Positions 1 to 13,574 of a stretch of DNA of 64,000 bases are shown in pieces. The position numbers and the translations under genes were made by a program. Source of the DNA: Paraphysomonas bandaiensis (Eukaryota; Protista; Chrysophyceae); the NCBI GenBank assembly GCA_965644295.1, contig CBFFRP010000445.1:1-64000 (forward strand), in the 5' to 3' direction. The notes below the pieces were generated by a model, which made no database searches, had not been told where the DNA came from, and saw only the letters and a list, made by a program, of their open reading frames with translations. Within the stretch, counting starts at the first letter, position 1, and every line of letters begins with the position of its first letter.

Positions 1-162
1 TACATACATACATACATACATACATACATACATACATACATACATACATACATACATACATACATACATACATACATACATACATACATACATACATACA
101 TACATACATACATACATACATACATACATACATACATACATACATACATACATACATACATA
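1..162. repeat. (TACA)n microsatellite, runs off window start
   Basis: Perfect tacatacata run from base 1 to about 162. Confidence 0.98.
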
Positions 163-510
163 CCTGCGTCGTACCTACATGCATACATACTATACAGACC
201 CATCCGTATACCGGTCAGCTGACCGTATCCAGGTAGTAGATCTCAATACAACCAGTGACGTTCCAACCGTCCTCCTTCTCATCATAGATATTTATGGTCA
301 GCAATCACAGCTCAATGTATACACACACCTTCATACCCATACATACATATACATACATACCATACATACCATACATACCATACATACGTGTATGCACATA
401 CATACACTCTATGCATACATACATACATACATCCTCTCATTAAGATCACAATTCATTCACTCTCATCATCTACACATACATATACATAAACGAATACAAA
501 ACAATCAAAA

Positions 511-3500
511 ATGAAACGTCAAGAATTATTTCAAGAAATTTGTAGTCAAGATTTTCTTCAATTTTCATTCTCTGGACGATCATATCAAGATCAACTTTAT
601 GATTCTATTGCAAAAACAAAACAACTAGCTGGTGTACAAGTGGAATTAATCACAATACAAGGAATACAACAATCAATACAATGTATATGGGTTACACATG
701 TATTTAGTTTTATGGGGGGAAGTTTAGGATGTGCTGAAGGAGAAAAAATTACACGTGCATTTGAATATGCTAAAGATCATCATATGCCTATATGTGTACA
801 ATGTAAAACAGGTGGGGCAAGAATGCAAGAAGGAACATCATCATTAATGCAAATGGCTAAAGTATGTATGTTTAAGGAATAGATATTATGATATATAACA
901 ATATATAGGTATCTGTAGCTGTTGAAGCATTGAAAAGAGAAGGTTTACCTTTTATATCTGTACTTTGTGATCCTACTTATGGGGGGGTGAGTGCTTCTTA
1001 TGCCATGCAAGCTGATGTTCGTATTGGTGTATCCGCTAGTGCACGCATTGGGTTTGCTGGCCCACAGGTCATCCTGAACACTATGTGTGAGGCCAACCAG
1101 GAGCGTTTCGATTCTGAATGCCCTGCTGATTTCCAGTCCGCGTCTTACGTAGCTCAGTACGGACAGCTTGACATGATTATGGAAGACGGGGAGGGTGGCA
1201 AGCCCCCTTCGCAGACTGAGATTGAAGACATGGTGGGACGGATTGCCTCTCTGCTTTGCGCAGGTGCGAAGGAGGTGTCTCCTAGAGATCCACGAGGAGA
1301 TGGTTACGTTCCTCCTTCAGAGGAGGATACTTCCGCTCCATTTAACTACACTCGTTCTCGTATGATCACCCGTCCCCAGACACAGGATATTGTTACCAGC
1401 GTGTTCGATAACTTTGTAGAACTCTATGGCGATGGCAAAGTTGGTCGGGATGCTTGCATCCGGGGCGGGATTGCATCTTTCGAAGGTCTGGGAGACTATC
1501 CTTGCGTTCTTATCGCCACCTTCAAGGGACATACACCCACGGGAATGCAAGACACAAACTATGGAATGGCTTCCCCTCATGGTTATCGGACCGCATTGCG
1601 TTTAATGCAGCTTGCTGAGAGGTTTGGACTTCCTGTGGTTACAATGGTCGACACTGTGGGCGCATGGCCAACATTTGACTGTGAGAGAGACGGCCAAAGC
1701 GAGGCAATCGCATCAAACCTTACAGCTATGGCTGGCCTACGTGTCCCTATTGTGACTCTCCTGGTGGGAGAAGGAGGATCTGGAGGAGCTCTAGGTATAG
1801 GAATGGGAAACTCTATTGGTATGTTGTCCGGAGGATACTTTGGAGTTATCTCTCCAGAGGGCGCTGCCAGCATCCTAGGTCGCTATAAGGACGATGCGCA
1901 CAAGGCGGAGCAGTTCCCTAAAGACTGTCAAGAGTTAGCCGTGGCTCAATGCATCTATGCAAACCAGCTTAAGGATATCGGCGTTGTTGATGAGATAATT
2001 TGGGAGAAATACAGTAAGGATGGCGAAGAAGAGACCCACGAAGCCTTTCCAGTACTCCGCTCCCGCATTAGGGCCTACCTCATTGATACCCTCGCTAACC
2101 TTATGCGAATGTCTCCTGAGGAACTTGTAGCTCAGAGATACAACAAGTTTAGGGCGATGGGTCTCTACGAAGAAATACTCTCCGAGGAGGATAGGAAGGC
2201 GGCAGTCGAGCTTGCATCCAAGCGAAGCGGTGGTGAGGCTGCTGCGGCGAAGAGGAAGGCTGCGAGACTTGGAGCCAACCAGAGCATCGGTGCCAGCAAG
2301 TTGATACAACACATTGCGGAGGAGACAATGGGGGGCACATGGTCTAGATACCGGAAGCTTTGTCCTGCCGATTGCCCAACCGAGGCGCCACATACTCCTG
2401 TCCGTCAGGTTCCAGAGGCTGCCGTTGAGGGTTTCGAGAATGCGAAGAGCGTACTTGACGCCAACGGGCCTGAGGCTCTTGCTGTATGGGCACGCAAGCA
2501 GTCTAAAGTGCTAGTTACTGACACCACAATGAGAGATGCTCACCAGAGCTTGCTCGCCACCAGAGTTCGCACAGAGGACCTCGTGAAGGGTGCGCGCTGC
2601 GCCAGTGACTGCCTCAAGTCTGCTTTTTCTCTGGAGTGCTGGGGTGGGGCTACTTTTGATGTATCCATGAGGTTCAGTATTTCATTTTTGTGACGATAAA
2701 TATCTAACATTACGTCAGATTTCTCGACGAGTGCCCCTGGAAGCGACTACGGGAAATCAGAGCCGCTTGTCCCAATGTATGTCTGCAGATGCTCGTAAGA
2801 GGCTCGAATGCTGTTGGTTATACCTCATATCCGGACAACGTGGTCGCGGAGTTCATCCGCCTGGCGGCAGTGAACGGCATGGATGTATTCCGTATTTTTG
2901 ATTGTTTCAACGATGTGGACAGTATGAAGGTCAGCATCGATGCAGTGCGCGCCGCCAACAAGGTCGCTGAAGTGTGCCTCTGCTACACTGGGAACCTTCT
3001 CACGTCGAAGATATACGACGTGAACTACTACAGGGAGGTCGCGAGACTAGCGGTAGAGGCTGGTGCTCACATCATCGGTATAAGTGCCTGCTACGTAGGT
3101 ATATCTCATCCGTCTGATTTTTTATATTCAGGTATCAAGGATATGGCTGGATTACTTCGTCCCCAGGAGGCAGGTCCCCTGCTTGAAGCAATCCGCTCTG
3201 TAATTCCGGAGACGATGCCGATCCACTTTCATACGCACTCTACATCATCTGGAGCAATAGCTACCTGCATGGAAATGGCTCGACAAGGGTGTGATATTGT
3301 GGATACTTGCACTGCAGCAATGGCTGACGGTACATCTCAGCCATCTATGAATGCCTTCGTGGCCATGATGGAGGGTGCTGACAATGCTACCGGCATGAGC
3401 TACCTCGATCTCGAGGGGTATGACATGTACTGGGCGAGGGTGCGCAGTATGTATAAGCCTTTCGAGAGCGGTATGCTCAGTGGAAGCGCAAGGGTGTATG

Positions 3501-4588
3501 AACACCAAATCCCAGGTGGCCAGTATAGCAACTTATTGGTACAGTGCCACAGCATGGGCCTGTGGGACAGATGGGAGGAGGTATTGGATGCGTACAGAGA
3601 CAGCAACCGGGTGCTAGGTGATATAATCAAGGTTACACCCTCCTCTAAGTGCGTTGGAGACTTAGCGCTGTACCTGGTCACCAGGAATCTTTCAGCTGCC
3701 GACCTGCTAGACACTTCGAAGGCATCCTCTATCGACTTCCCAGAATCTGTTGTCGGCCTTTTGAGAGGCGACCTTGGATTTCCTCATAAGTAAGTGCCTT
3801 AGTGGATATGTCATGCTTAACACGAACTGATATTTTTTGTGTTTAGGGGGTTCCCGGAGTCTGTTGAGAAGGCTGTTTTGAGAGGAGCTCCTAAGAGGAC
3901 TGTGCGTGCTGGAATTACATTGCCCCCTGAAGATCTTGAGGCAAACATTGCAGCTCTCAGCGCTCAATGGGGAGTTCCTATTTCAGAGGAAGAGGGCATG
4001 AGCTCCCTGATGTATCCTAAAGTGTTCTCTGACTACATGAAGAGGCAGCAGAGCAAAGGTGGAGAACTTCTGCGTCATCTTCCATCTCCTGTCTACTTCT
4101 ATGGCATGGTCCCTGGACAGTCGTTCACTATGACTGCCCCCTCTTCCCTTCTCATGACCAAAGAGGGAGAGGCTCCGTTACTACTTCCCAGTGGTGCGGG
4201 GCCGGTGGAGGCCACTGGATACACTCAAGTTTCCATCAAGCTGGAGCGTATTACTCCCCTAAAGGGCGGAATGCGGGATCTAATATTTTCCGTTAATGGC
4301 ATGAAGCAAGTGGCCACTGTCAGAGATACCTCTGGTGCCTTTGTTTTTGATGGGCCAATGGTTAATTCCTCTGACCCCAAACAACTAGGTAGTCCTATGC
4401 CTGGTGTAGTAGAGAAGGTTCTGGTTGAGGCAGGCCAGACTGTGTCTGCTGGAGAAACCCTCTGCACAGTGAGTGCAATGAAGATGGAGGTTAAAGTGAC
4501 AGCACCTTCTGATGGAGTCGTGAGTAGCCTCAGTGTTGAGGTTGGAACCCGTGTTGTGGAAGGTGCTCTTTTGGTGACCATGCAATAG
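511..4588 (+). CDS. Biotin-dependent fusion protein: acyl-CoA carboxyltransferase beta (AccD-like) + alpha (AccA-like) + pyruvate carboxyltransferase (PycB/OadA-like) + biotinyl domain; no biotin carboxylase domain; putative single-chain transcarboxylase
   Basis: Five exons join in frame: 511-861, 909-2671, 2719-3077, 3132-3789, 3847-4588 (all GT-AG). AccD motifs [33 protein letters not shown]. AccA motifs [37 protein letters not shown]. Pyruvate CT motifs [34 protein letters not shown]. Biotinyl motif SAMKME. Confidence 0.93.
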
Positions 4589-4852
4589 CTGTACTGCTCT
4601 ACTAGTGAGTTTTGAGATGTACCAAACATTTTTAATGTTTAAATGCACCACTCAAATTAAAAACATGAGGATTTTTCTGGAATATGATAATATTTGCGCG
4701 TTTGCATTTTTTTTCAAGAACGTCATTGCGTTTATACCCACATACACATGACACACACGAGATTATATAAGTATGACTTTCACTAATGATGATAACTAGG
4801 AGATACATGTAATTGATAGACACACTTAGTAGGTAGTGATTACAATGACAAT

Positions 4853-4924
4853 AAATATACGAGGGGAGAGAGTAGGCGGGGATCAATCCTTTCCCCCCGC
4901 CCTACTCTCTCCCTTCGTATTTTT
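4853..4924. other. Short GC-rich inverted repeat (~28-bp stem) between convergent gene ends
   Basis: aaatatacgaggggagagagtaggcgggg pairs with ccccccgccctactctctcccttcgtatttt around a short loop. Confidence 0.8.
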
Positions 4925-5442
4925 CGATACCACGCTGTCAATGTAGCGTTCACCAGGGCCTGGTGACAGTTTGGTAATGCCATCCACTATCATATTAGAA
5001 ATTAGAAATGACAAGTGCCTATTGCTAATAATCAGACAGTCACTACGTCACTACAATGCACTACGACTGGTTGGATGTTCATTGAAAAATTTATTGCAAT
5101 AAAAAAATAAGCTGGGAATTTACTCCACTATATAGTTGCAGACTAAGTGCTTACACGTGGAAAACATTAACAATAATTGCAATGACAGCATTTTCGATGA
5201 ATTATTTGTATTGACATCGATTCATAGAATACTACTAACACAGGCGCTCACTGGTGATTCCCAAACGTCAGGTCATTGTTCCTATTCACCTCATAAGCCC
5301 CAAAATACAAAACCTTTATAAAAAATGATTGAGACAGTTATCTTACTTGACTAGTAGTCCTACATAATTACTTCATATTCTAACACACAGCGAATCCTAC
5401 CAGTGAATGCTTTAAATGTAGTGTATCAATGCCTACAGCTTT

Positions 5443-6445
<1,003 letters not shown>

Positions 6446-7013
6446 TTATGTATGGATATATACACAGTGAGTGTATACAGAGAATGTACACGTATACAGC
6501 AGGTTTGGATGGATGTATGTATATGTATACGTTAAGTACTGCTGTTTATGTATAGACCTACACATAATATCTGTACCTATGGACTGTACATACACACACA
6601 CATAATCTAGCCTGTACCTATGGGCTGTACTACCACACACTTATACCTACACATGATCTCTCAAGCATATCTGTACCTATAGACTGTACTAACACACACT
6701 ATGTAGCACTGTGGCACGTACCATACTATGGTACCACACAATATACATGTACATTGTGTTTAACAATTTGCAAACTGAAAAAAATATCTAATATAATCTA
6801 AGAAATAACGGTCCCATATATAGCGTATGGTCGTATGTATATATATGTGTGTATGGATGTATAGAGATGTGTGTATGTGTATATGTATGCATGTATGTAT
6901 GTATGTACCTCTTAGTAGCATAGCATACTCCACATACATACATACACACTATCTCATACATCTCTATTCAATCTCTCATTCATTAACTCACTATATCTCA
7001 TCATTTTCTATCA

Positions 7014-8210
7014 ATGAATTCATCACAATCACCTCCTCCATCCCCCTCAAATCTCCATATAGGAGATACAAGCACACACACACATACACACACACATACA
7101 CATACAGACACTCATCAAACACTCTCATCCACTCAATCAACAAACTTACCACGATATTTAAATAAAACACTTTCATCACTTAGTTCTAATTCACAAAATA
7201 ATGAAACTGAAAGAATTAAACGTTCCTTTCAAACAGGAAATTATTATTCTATTAAGAAACTACCATCAAGATTACAGTGTGGTTTAATAGAAGAATCACG
7301 TAAACATCTTATTGCACAATCATTAGCAATGAAACCACAATATACATATAAAGCAAATACAATTAATCATTATTTTACACCATTATCATATGCACGTACA
7401 GAATATAATAAAATTGCTGAAAATGAACGGGAAGAAGCACAATTTCAACGGTTAACAACATTAAGTTTTTCAAGGAAACCATTTACATATGCATCTTCTC
7501 GTGTTCGTTTGAAGAATGAGGATATCTTCGGTAATGAGGAGTATAAGTATCCAGTATTAGGTCCTGGCCATGGTAAGGTTGATCTCTCAAATTATGTTCG
7601 TAAAGATTTTACGGACGCCGGTAAGATGATTCATGGACCCTTTTTTGTTGTCGGCCGGCGGCGAGGAGAACGGGAGGTGCCCAGGGATCAAGTGGAGATT
7701 TGGTCCAAAGAGATATTCGACCTACTATCTACAGACTGGGGACATCTGCGTTTTAGCATCCGTTTCACTGGAGACGATGAACTTGTGGTTTCGTTTGACA
7801 CAGCCCTGTTGGAGTCGGATGGGCAGATCAAGGACAGAGCTTTGGCTCGTTATATGGGCCATCTCGCACGCCACGGAGTGGCAGCCGAGCGAAGATTGCG
7901 TAAACGTGGCGACCGATGGCGGGTGCTTGAGTGGGAAGATGCGACTCCTGGAGGCTCTGAAGTGAAGCAGGTGCTGGTATTCTCATTTTACGCTCCCTGG
8001 TATACTGCAGGGCATGTGCCAGCTAGAAAAACAGCCGCCACTGCTGAGAGGACCCGCACAAGGAGAACGGCGAGAGCTCAACGAGAAAGCCTATCATCCC
8101 CAGTACTAGTGCCAACTTTATCGTTGTCCCAATCTCAACAGCCTCTTCCTGCCATACCTCAAGGAGACTCTCCGACCACCTCTCAGGAGCCATCCAGTCG
8201 ATCGAAGTAG
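7014..8210 (+). CDS. Hypothetical protein (398 aa, single ORF)
   Basis: Long open frame divergent from ARL1, with the AT-rich 5' to GC-balanced 3' gradient seen in other genes here; no family recognised. Confidence 0.7.
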   Translation: MNSSQSPPPSPSNLHIGDTSTHTHTHTHTHTDTHQTLSSTQSTNLPRYLNKTLSSLSSNSQNNETERIKRSFQTGNYYSIKKLPSRLQCGLIEESRKHLIAQSLAMKPQYTYKANTINHYFTPLSYARTEYNKIAENEREEAQFQRLTTLSFSRKPFTYASSRVRLKNEDIFGNEEYKYPVLGPGHGKVDLSNYVRKDFTDAGKMIHGPFFVVGRRRGEREVPRDQVEIWSKEIFDLLSTDWGHLRFSIRFTGDDELVVSFDTALLESDGQIKDRALARYMGHLARHGVAAERRLRKRGDRWRVLEWEDATPGGSEVKQVLVFSFYAPWYTAGHVPARKTAATAERTRTRRTARAQRESLSSPVLVPTLSLSQSQQPLPAIPQGDSPTTSQEPSSRSK

Positions 8211-8670
8211 CTATCTAATCTGTGCTTTTTGTATGATATCATTATATGTGCGTGTTGATGTTTGGTTTTAGCTCATAGCATCAAGAGTATCTATTATCAG
8301 CTGCGAAGGTATGCTTAAGATGACTGTGTTGTAGATTGGTAGCGGTATGCCTGAAGTAGAACTAATTAATTTTGCGGAATACTTAAATGCCTGACAAGTA
8401 CCATTATAGATTTTGCTTGCGCGTATATCACAGTTACATAATGCATATATTATATATGAAAACGAACAATTGAATTTACTGGTTTCTTGTTGATCTAAAT
8501 AGAAGAACTCTTCCCTTAAGTACGAGAAGCAGAATGTCAGTTATCTCTATACATATTACGGAAAGAATTGAATTTGATGACAGAGTTACATATAACAAGT
8601 TTGAAATGACTCGTCCCTATAAAAATAGGGATTGGCCTCGTCAAAATAGTAAATGACCAATAATTTAGAC

Positions 8671-10343
8671 CAGGGATAGGGAACAATATATTGCAATACT
8701 ATTGTTAGGTAGCGTTCCATCAATAGTATTGATGGATTTTTTAAACCGGCCCTACAATACTATTGCAATATATTGCAATATATTGTACAATATATTGCAA
8801 TATATTAGTATGACTAATCAGTAAGTAAACACATCCGTAGTTTTCATTTTTAGTACTTGCCATATTTTATAAGGTCTAAGGTCACTTGATAATCAAACCC
8901 ACTACTCTTAACTAATTAAAAGTTTCCTCATACTCATCCTCTGAGCCATCATCGGTGACATCATCATCACCATATTCATTCAATATTGATTGAAATATGC
9001 TTGCATCCGGCCACAACTGTCGGTTAGCTTTCAGAAACAACAGCATATTAAGTGTAGTAGGATGCATACGTTTGCGCAACACTGATATAATCAGTTTTGC
9101 TGCGCTGAACAGGCGTTCACACGTATTGGAAGTACATACTACATGACTCGTGCACCTGTACTTAGATATTTCAACTTTTCGCTTCTTAAGTTTTTGAGCT
9201 GATTGAAGAATTTTTTCCGCATAGCCAACTTCAGCTTCATCATCCTCTGTATTGTTGCAATAATCACTGTCTGAACGGAGATATATTCTAACAGCATCTT
9301 TCTCAGATCTTGTCAAGTCCAATTCTTCGCCTGCTTGGAGTTTTGCAATTCCATTCTCGAAATTCGGATCATTAACAATGGGACTGTTTTTCTGTAAAGC
9401 AGATAGTGGATACTTTGGCCTAAAGTCCCTCAATAAGCCATCAAATATGTTCCGGCATTCATAAAGATTCACTTGACTTGATCCTCCAGTTTGAAGCAAT
9501 TTCGAGACGCTTTCAAACTTCCTCAGGTCGTCTACAAGGGCGATTATTTCGGTATTCTGTCGAGGAGTAGGAATCATATCAGTAACTGCAAGCGGTAAGT
9601 CTTCAATTTTTAATACATGATCTTTTATACGCATCCACTTTACGAGAACCTGAAACATAGAAGACCATCTTGTGACATTTACCCTTTCTGGTAGCAGACT
9701 GGTTTGGCCACGTAGCAATGCAGCATTCTTAATCTGCTTCAACTTCCCCATTAGTAGGTCTACTTTGCGAATAAGAGGCCTAATGCCTTCGTCAGATCTT
9801 GTCACATCTCCTTGGTTATTCCTCTTCTCTTTGCTGCCAATGAGTTCATTGACAGCGAGATTTAGTCGGTGAGATGCACATCCAACTAGGGGTACACCTA
9901 ATATATATTATAACATTCGACAATTTCACACAAGTAATACGGTGTTACCAGAATCAGTAGCCAATTTTCTGTTTGTAGCATTGTCACTATAGGATATATA
10001 TACTATATTAAGAGAAGTACTGTACATACATGTGGAGAGGTGTAGAGTGCTGTTTGAGCTGGCGATACATAAAAAATAGAAAATAACATCAAAAATAGGC
10101 TTTTTTTCTTATTTTCCGGATATTTGTATACAGAGGCGTATATTTTGCACCATACAGTTGAGGATCTTCTCTTATATGACTATCATAATATTGATTGCAA
10201 TATATTGCAATAGTATTGTGAGCTCTATTAACAGAAACACTATTGATGGAATATTTGACCAGTCCACCAATCAATATATTTTACAATATATTGCAATATA
10301 TTGTACAATATATTGCAATACAATATATTGTTCCCTATCCCTG
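8671..10343 (-). mobile_element. hAT DNA transposon, internally deleted (non-autonomous)
   Basis: 23-bp TIR cagggatagggaacaatatattg at both ends; perfect 8-bp TSD ATTTAGAC (8663-8670 and 10344-10351); subterminal tattgcaata repeats. Confidence 0.95.
8912..9987 (-). pseudogene. hAT transposase, C-terminal part only
   Basis: VPLVGCASHRLNLAV (CxxH), NVTRWSS, TSNTCERLFSAAK...RKRMHPTTLNMLLFLKAN dimerisation motif; one intron near 9898-9948; N-terminus missing. Confidence 0.88.
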
Positions 10344-10577
10344 ATTTAGACCAATTATGAAAAATAGCGAACATTCGTTTGAAGGTGGAGTATGGCATTG
10401 GTTGCATGGTTCACCATTCACAAAAAAAGAAAATGCAGTTAAGGTCTTGTTTAGGTTACAGCCTTCCAGATAAAACTATAGTATTAGCACAACTACCATC
10501 TCGTGCATTCAAAGATATCACGTCATGACATGAGCGAGGGCACTTCAGAGTGCACAGACACGATCATATTCTTCAGT

Positions 10578-12401
10578 CTAGACGTCGCCAGTAGCCTTCT
10601 TCTTCTTAGACTTCTTCTTCTTCTTGTTCTCCGTGGCGAGAAGTGTCTGAATATCCTCAGGGAGAGTCTTATCCTCACTCACAGCCATACCCTCTGGTAG
10701 ACTCATGCCTGTGTGTAATATATCAGTATAAATGCCGTGTATTAGTGAAAATGAGGCACATCAATACCAGTAATTTTAGTGGTTCCAGAGGGGAGGAGAA
10801 GGACGGTAAATTTCACATGTACTACGTGGTCGTCCGCTCTCTCGTGCAGCACAGGGTAAGGGGCAATGAGCTCGTGCTGGACAAGTTCACGGACACCTAA
10901 CTTAGCCTGTCTCTCATCCTCAAGTGACCTGTACAACAATAAGTTGGACCATATTGCATTACACCACACTGCATACAGTGAAGGACAAAATAATACTAGA
11001 AAATTTCATTAAACGCCGCTACACTAATACCCACCTGAGGGAGAATGGAAGAGTGGGGAATTTCTTTGAAATTTCAGAGAACATGGCGCGGGAAGCCTTC
11101 ATCTTGAGGTTGTAAGTGCGATCGACATTGCGCTTGTACACAGTAGTTCTAGTGTCCTATCAGAATAAAAAATCATTACTGTTTGTCTTTCCTATGTGGG
11201 TCATACATAATAGCAATGTGTATGATACAATAGCGTAGCCCTACCATATCTCTGGGTTTCCCCTCTCCTGTAGACATAGCAACATCAACGGCGTACACTT
11301 CATTCGCCTCAAAAGTGCACTCTTCTGCTTTTTGTTCACCCTCCTCTCTGAGCATAATAACCTGTGTAAATACAATATCAAACCCCATATTGAACATATG
11401 CTAAAAGTAGGTACTTTGGATGCGTCAATGACATATCTCTTCATCTGGTGCATGACTGTGCCAGCAACGGCTTGGACACCGTAAGCATCTCCAACAGCTT
11501 TCACTCCCTCCGACACCTACATATCCATCAAATTAAGTACACTATATTGAATCGAATATATATATATAGACACTTAAAAGTATACTTATGGGAGCAGATC
11601 TTACTACGAACTTTACCTGTTTGTTGGTGTTGCCAGGTGTGATCAATCGAGCAGCAACTTCAGCAGCAATGTATGCAGCATTCAAGCAGTCCGCCTATCC
11701 CAATAACATAACTCTAAGGGATAAATAATCTTTGTCGGAAATATACCTGAGGGCCGGTGACAGTGACAGGAGCATCTCCAGGCACGATGACGGTGTGGGC
11801 TGCCACAGCAATGTAGCCGTCCACGTGGCACCCCAGGTCAATCTTCACGCTGTCACCAGCAGCAAGAACAACCTGTGGAGTATTGTACATGTCATGAGGA
11901 CATTACTTAATAGGCATAGTTTGAATTGCGTACTGGAGTGTCGGACTCAAGGGGGCTGAAGTGGCACAGGCACTCGTTCACAGACAAGCACACTGGGAAT
12001 GCAACACCTTTCTCCACTGGCTTACGTCCTTTCTTTGGACGATAAATTGCATCACATTTCTATCAATATATTAATATATCGAATGTATTGAATAGAATGT
12101 GAGTTACTTACAGTGACAATAGCAGCATCACCGGCCTTGCATATGTCCAGTACGGTCGCACCGGGCACACACTGTATACATACATATGAGTTGATGTATA
12201 AGATATGACAGTATCTCATATACGAGTGTAGAGTAGAGTAGAAGGGAGCTTATCGCTTACCATCGCAATAATTTCAGTCAGTGTGGAGTTGACAATCTTT
12301 GCTGCCTCCTGATACTTGGTAGTGACATCACTGTTAGCTAGAGTAGTATCCTCCTCCTTCTCCTCTTCACCAGAGATCTTCTGATCTTCAAATTCTGACA
12401 T
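10578..12401 (-). CDS. PA2G4: Proliferation-associated protein 2G4 / EBP1 (metallopeptidase M24 fold, non-catalytic)
   Basis: MSEFEDQK...NSDVTTKYQEAAKIVN; KGVAFPVCLSVN; VKIDLGCHVDGYIAVAAHT; YAVDVAMSTGEGK; YNLKMKASR; C-terminal lysine run; multi-exon. Confidence 0.9.
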
Positions 12402-13574
12402 TTTATTAAGAATATGTTGTGTATATTGTGATAGAAATGAATGATGAGAGATGTATGTATATATATATATGTGATATAGACCACTAATATATATACCATA
12501 CAATACATACGTATGTACACTACTGCTGTATGTATATGTATATGTATGTACGTATCTATATACTATGAACCATACGATATCTAGAGGGGGGAATATGCCA
12601 ATCAGACAAAAAAATCCCCCTTTTTCGTTATTTTAGAAAGGCAGGGTTTTGGGAAATACAGTATATTCTACCCATTCTTAGCTTAATATTAGACTATTTT
12701 TTGTCCTAAAATCCCGCTATTTGAGAATATATAGTATATTAATTCTTAAAAAACAGTATATAAATAAAAACCTGGGAATTTTTGCCGGGTCGCCCACTAA
12801 AATACTGTGATGACTCGCGATATAACGCGATTAGGGTTCATGAAAGGTTTTCAGCAAAAAAATTAACAGTTTTTATGTGAAAAGTATTAATTGTTTACTA
12901 TAAAAACTCTGAAATTGTCACTCAGATTGGTCGTAGCAGTGCAGTACAGTGCAGTGTGTGTATGATTCCATACATTAACAGACTCTCACATACCTGCATA
13001 TGTATATATATAAATGATTACACATGATAGAGTAAAGTATCTTCTATTAGATGATATCTCACCCATCTTATAAGGCATAGTCTCACAATACAGCATCTCT
13101 ACAGTTCGCTTGTAGTTTGCTTAGTAGTGACTGCTACTCTAGTTTGTACTCTCAGTATTAATATATAGATAGATATATCCTTTAAATCTACAGTTTACTG
13201 ATAAGTTCATTACGGGGGAGTATTAAGATTCATCTAACTATAAGATAGATATCACTAACTGAATTAATGATAGCATCTGTTGAGGATTCATGATCGTCAT
13301 TACAACGATCGTCATTATCAGTTACATATCTAATTATTCCATTGCGCGTGATAGTTATGTTCTCCGTATTATTCACTTTCTTATATTACTGTGTTCGTCA
13401 CTTCACATTCTAATAATCACAACATTCTTTGTATTACTACTAAGATTCCGCATATGCAGTAGCAGATACAGCATCTCTGCTATATGCTGCCACAAGAGAT
13501 TCAGTCGCTTTAATGCTTTAATGATCTGTGTCATATATATAAGCTGATAGGATCATATCATATATTAGATATAC

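Noticed and set aside
1-162. Possible telomere at window start
   Set aside because: The same (TACA)n occurs at many internal positions; it is not a G-rich telomeric unit
2500-4588. Ordinary pyruvate carboxylase truncated by the window or split from an ACC gene
   Set aside because: The AccA-like and PycB-like parts are in one continuous exon (909-2671), and upstream is microsatellite with no ATP-grasp sequence
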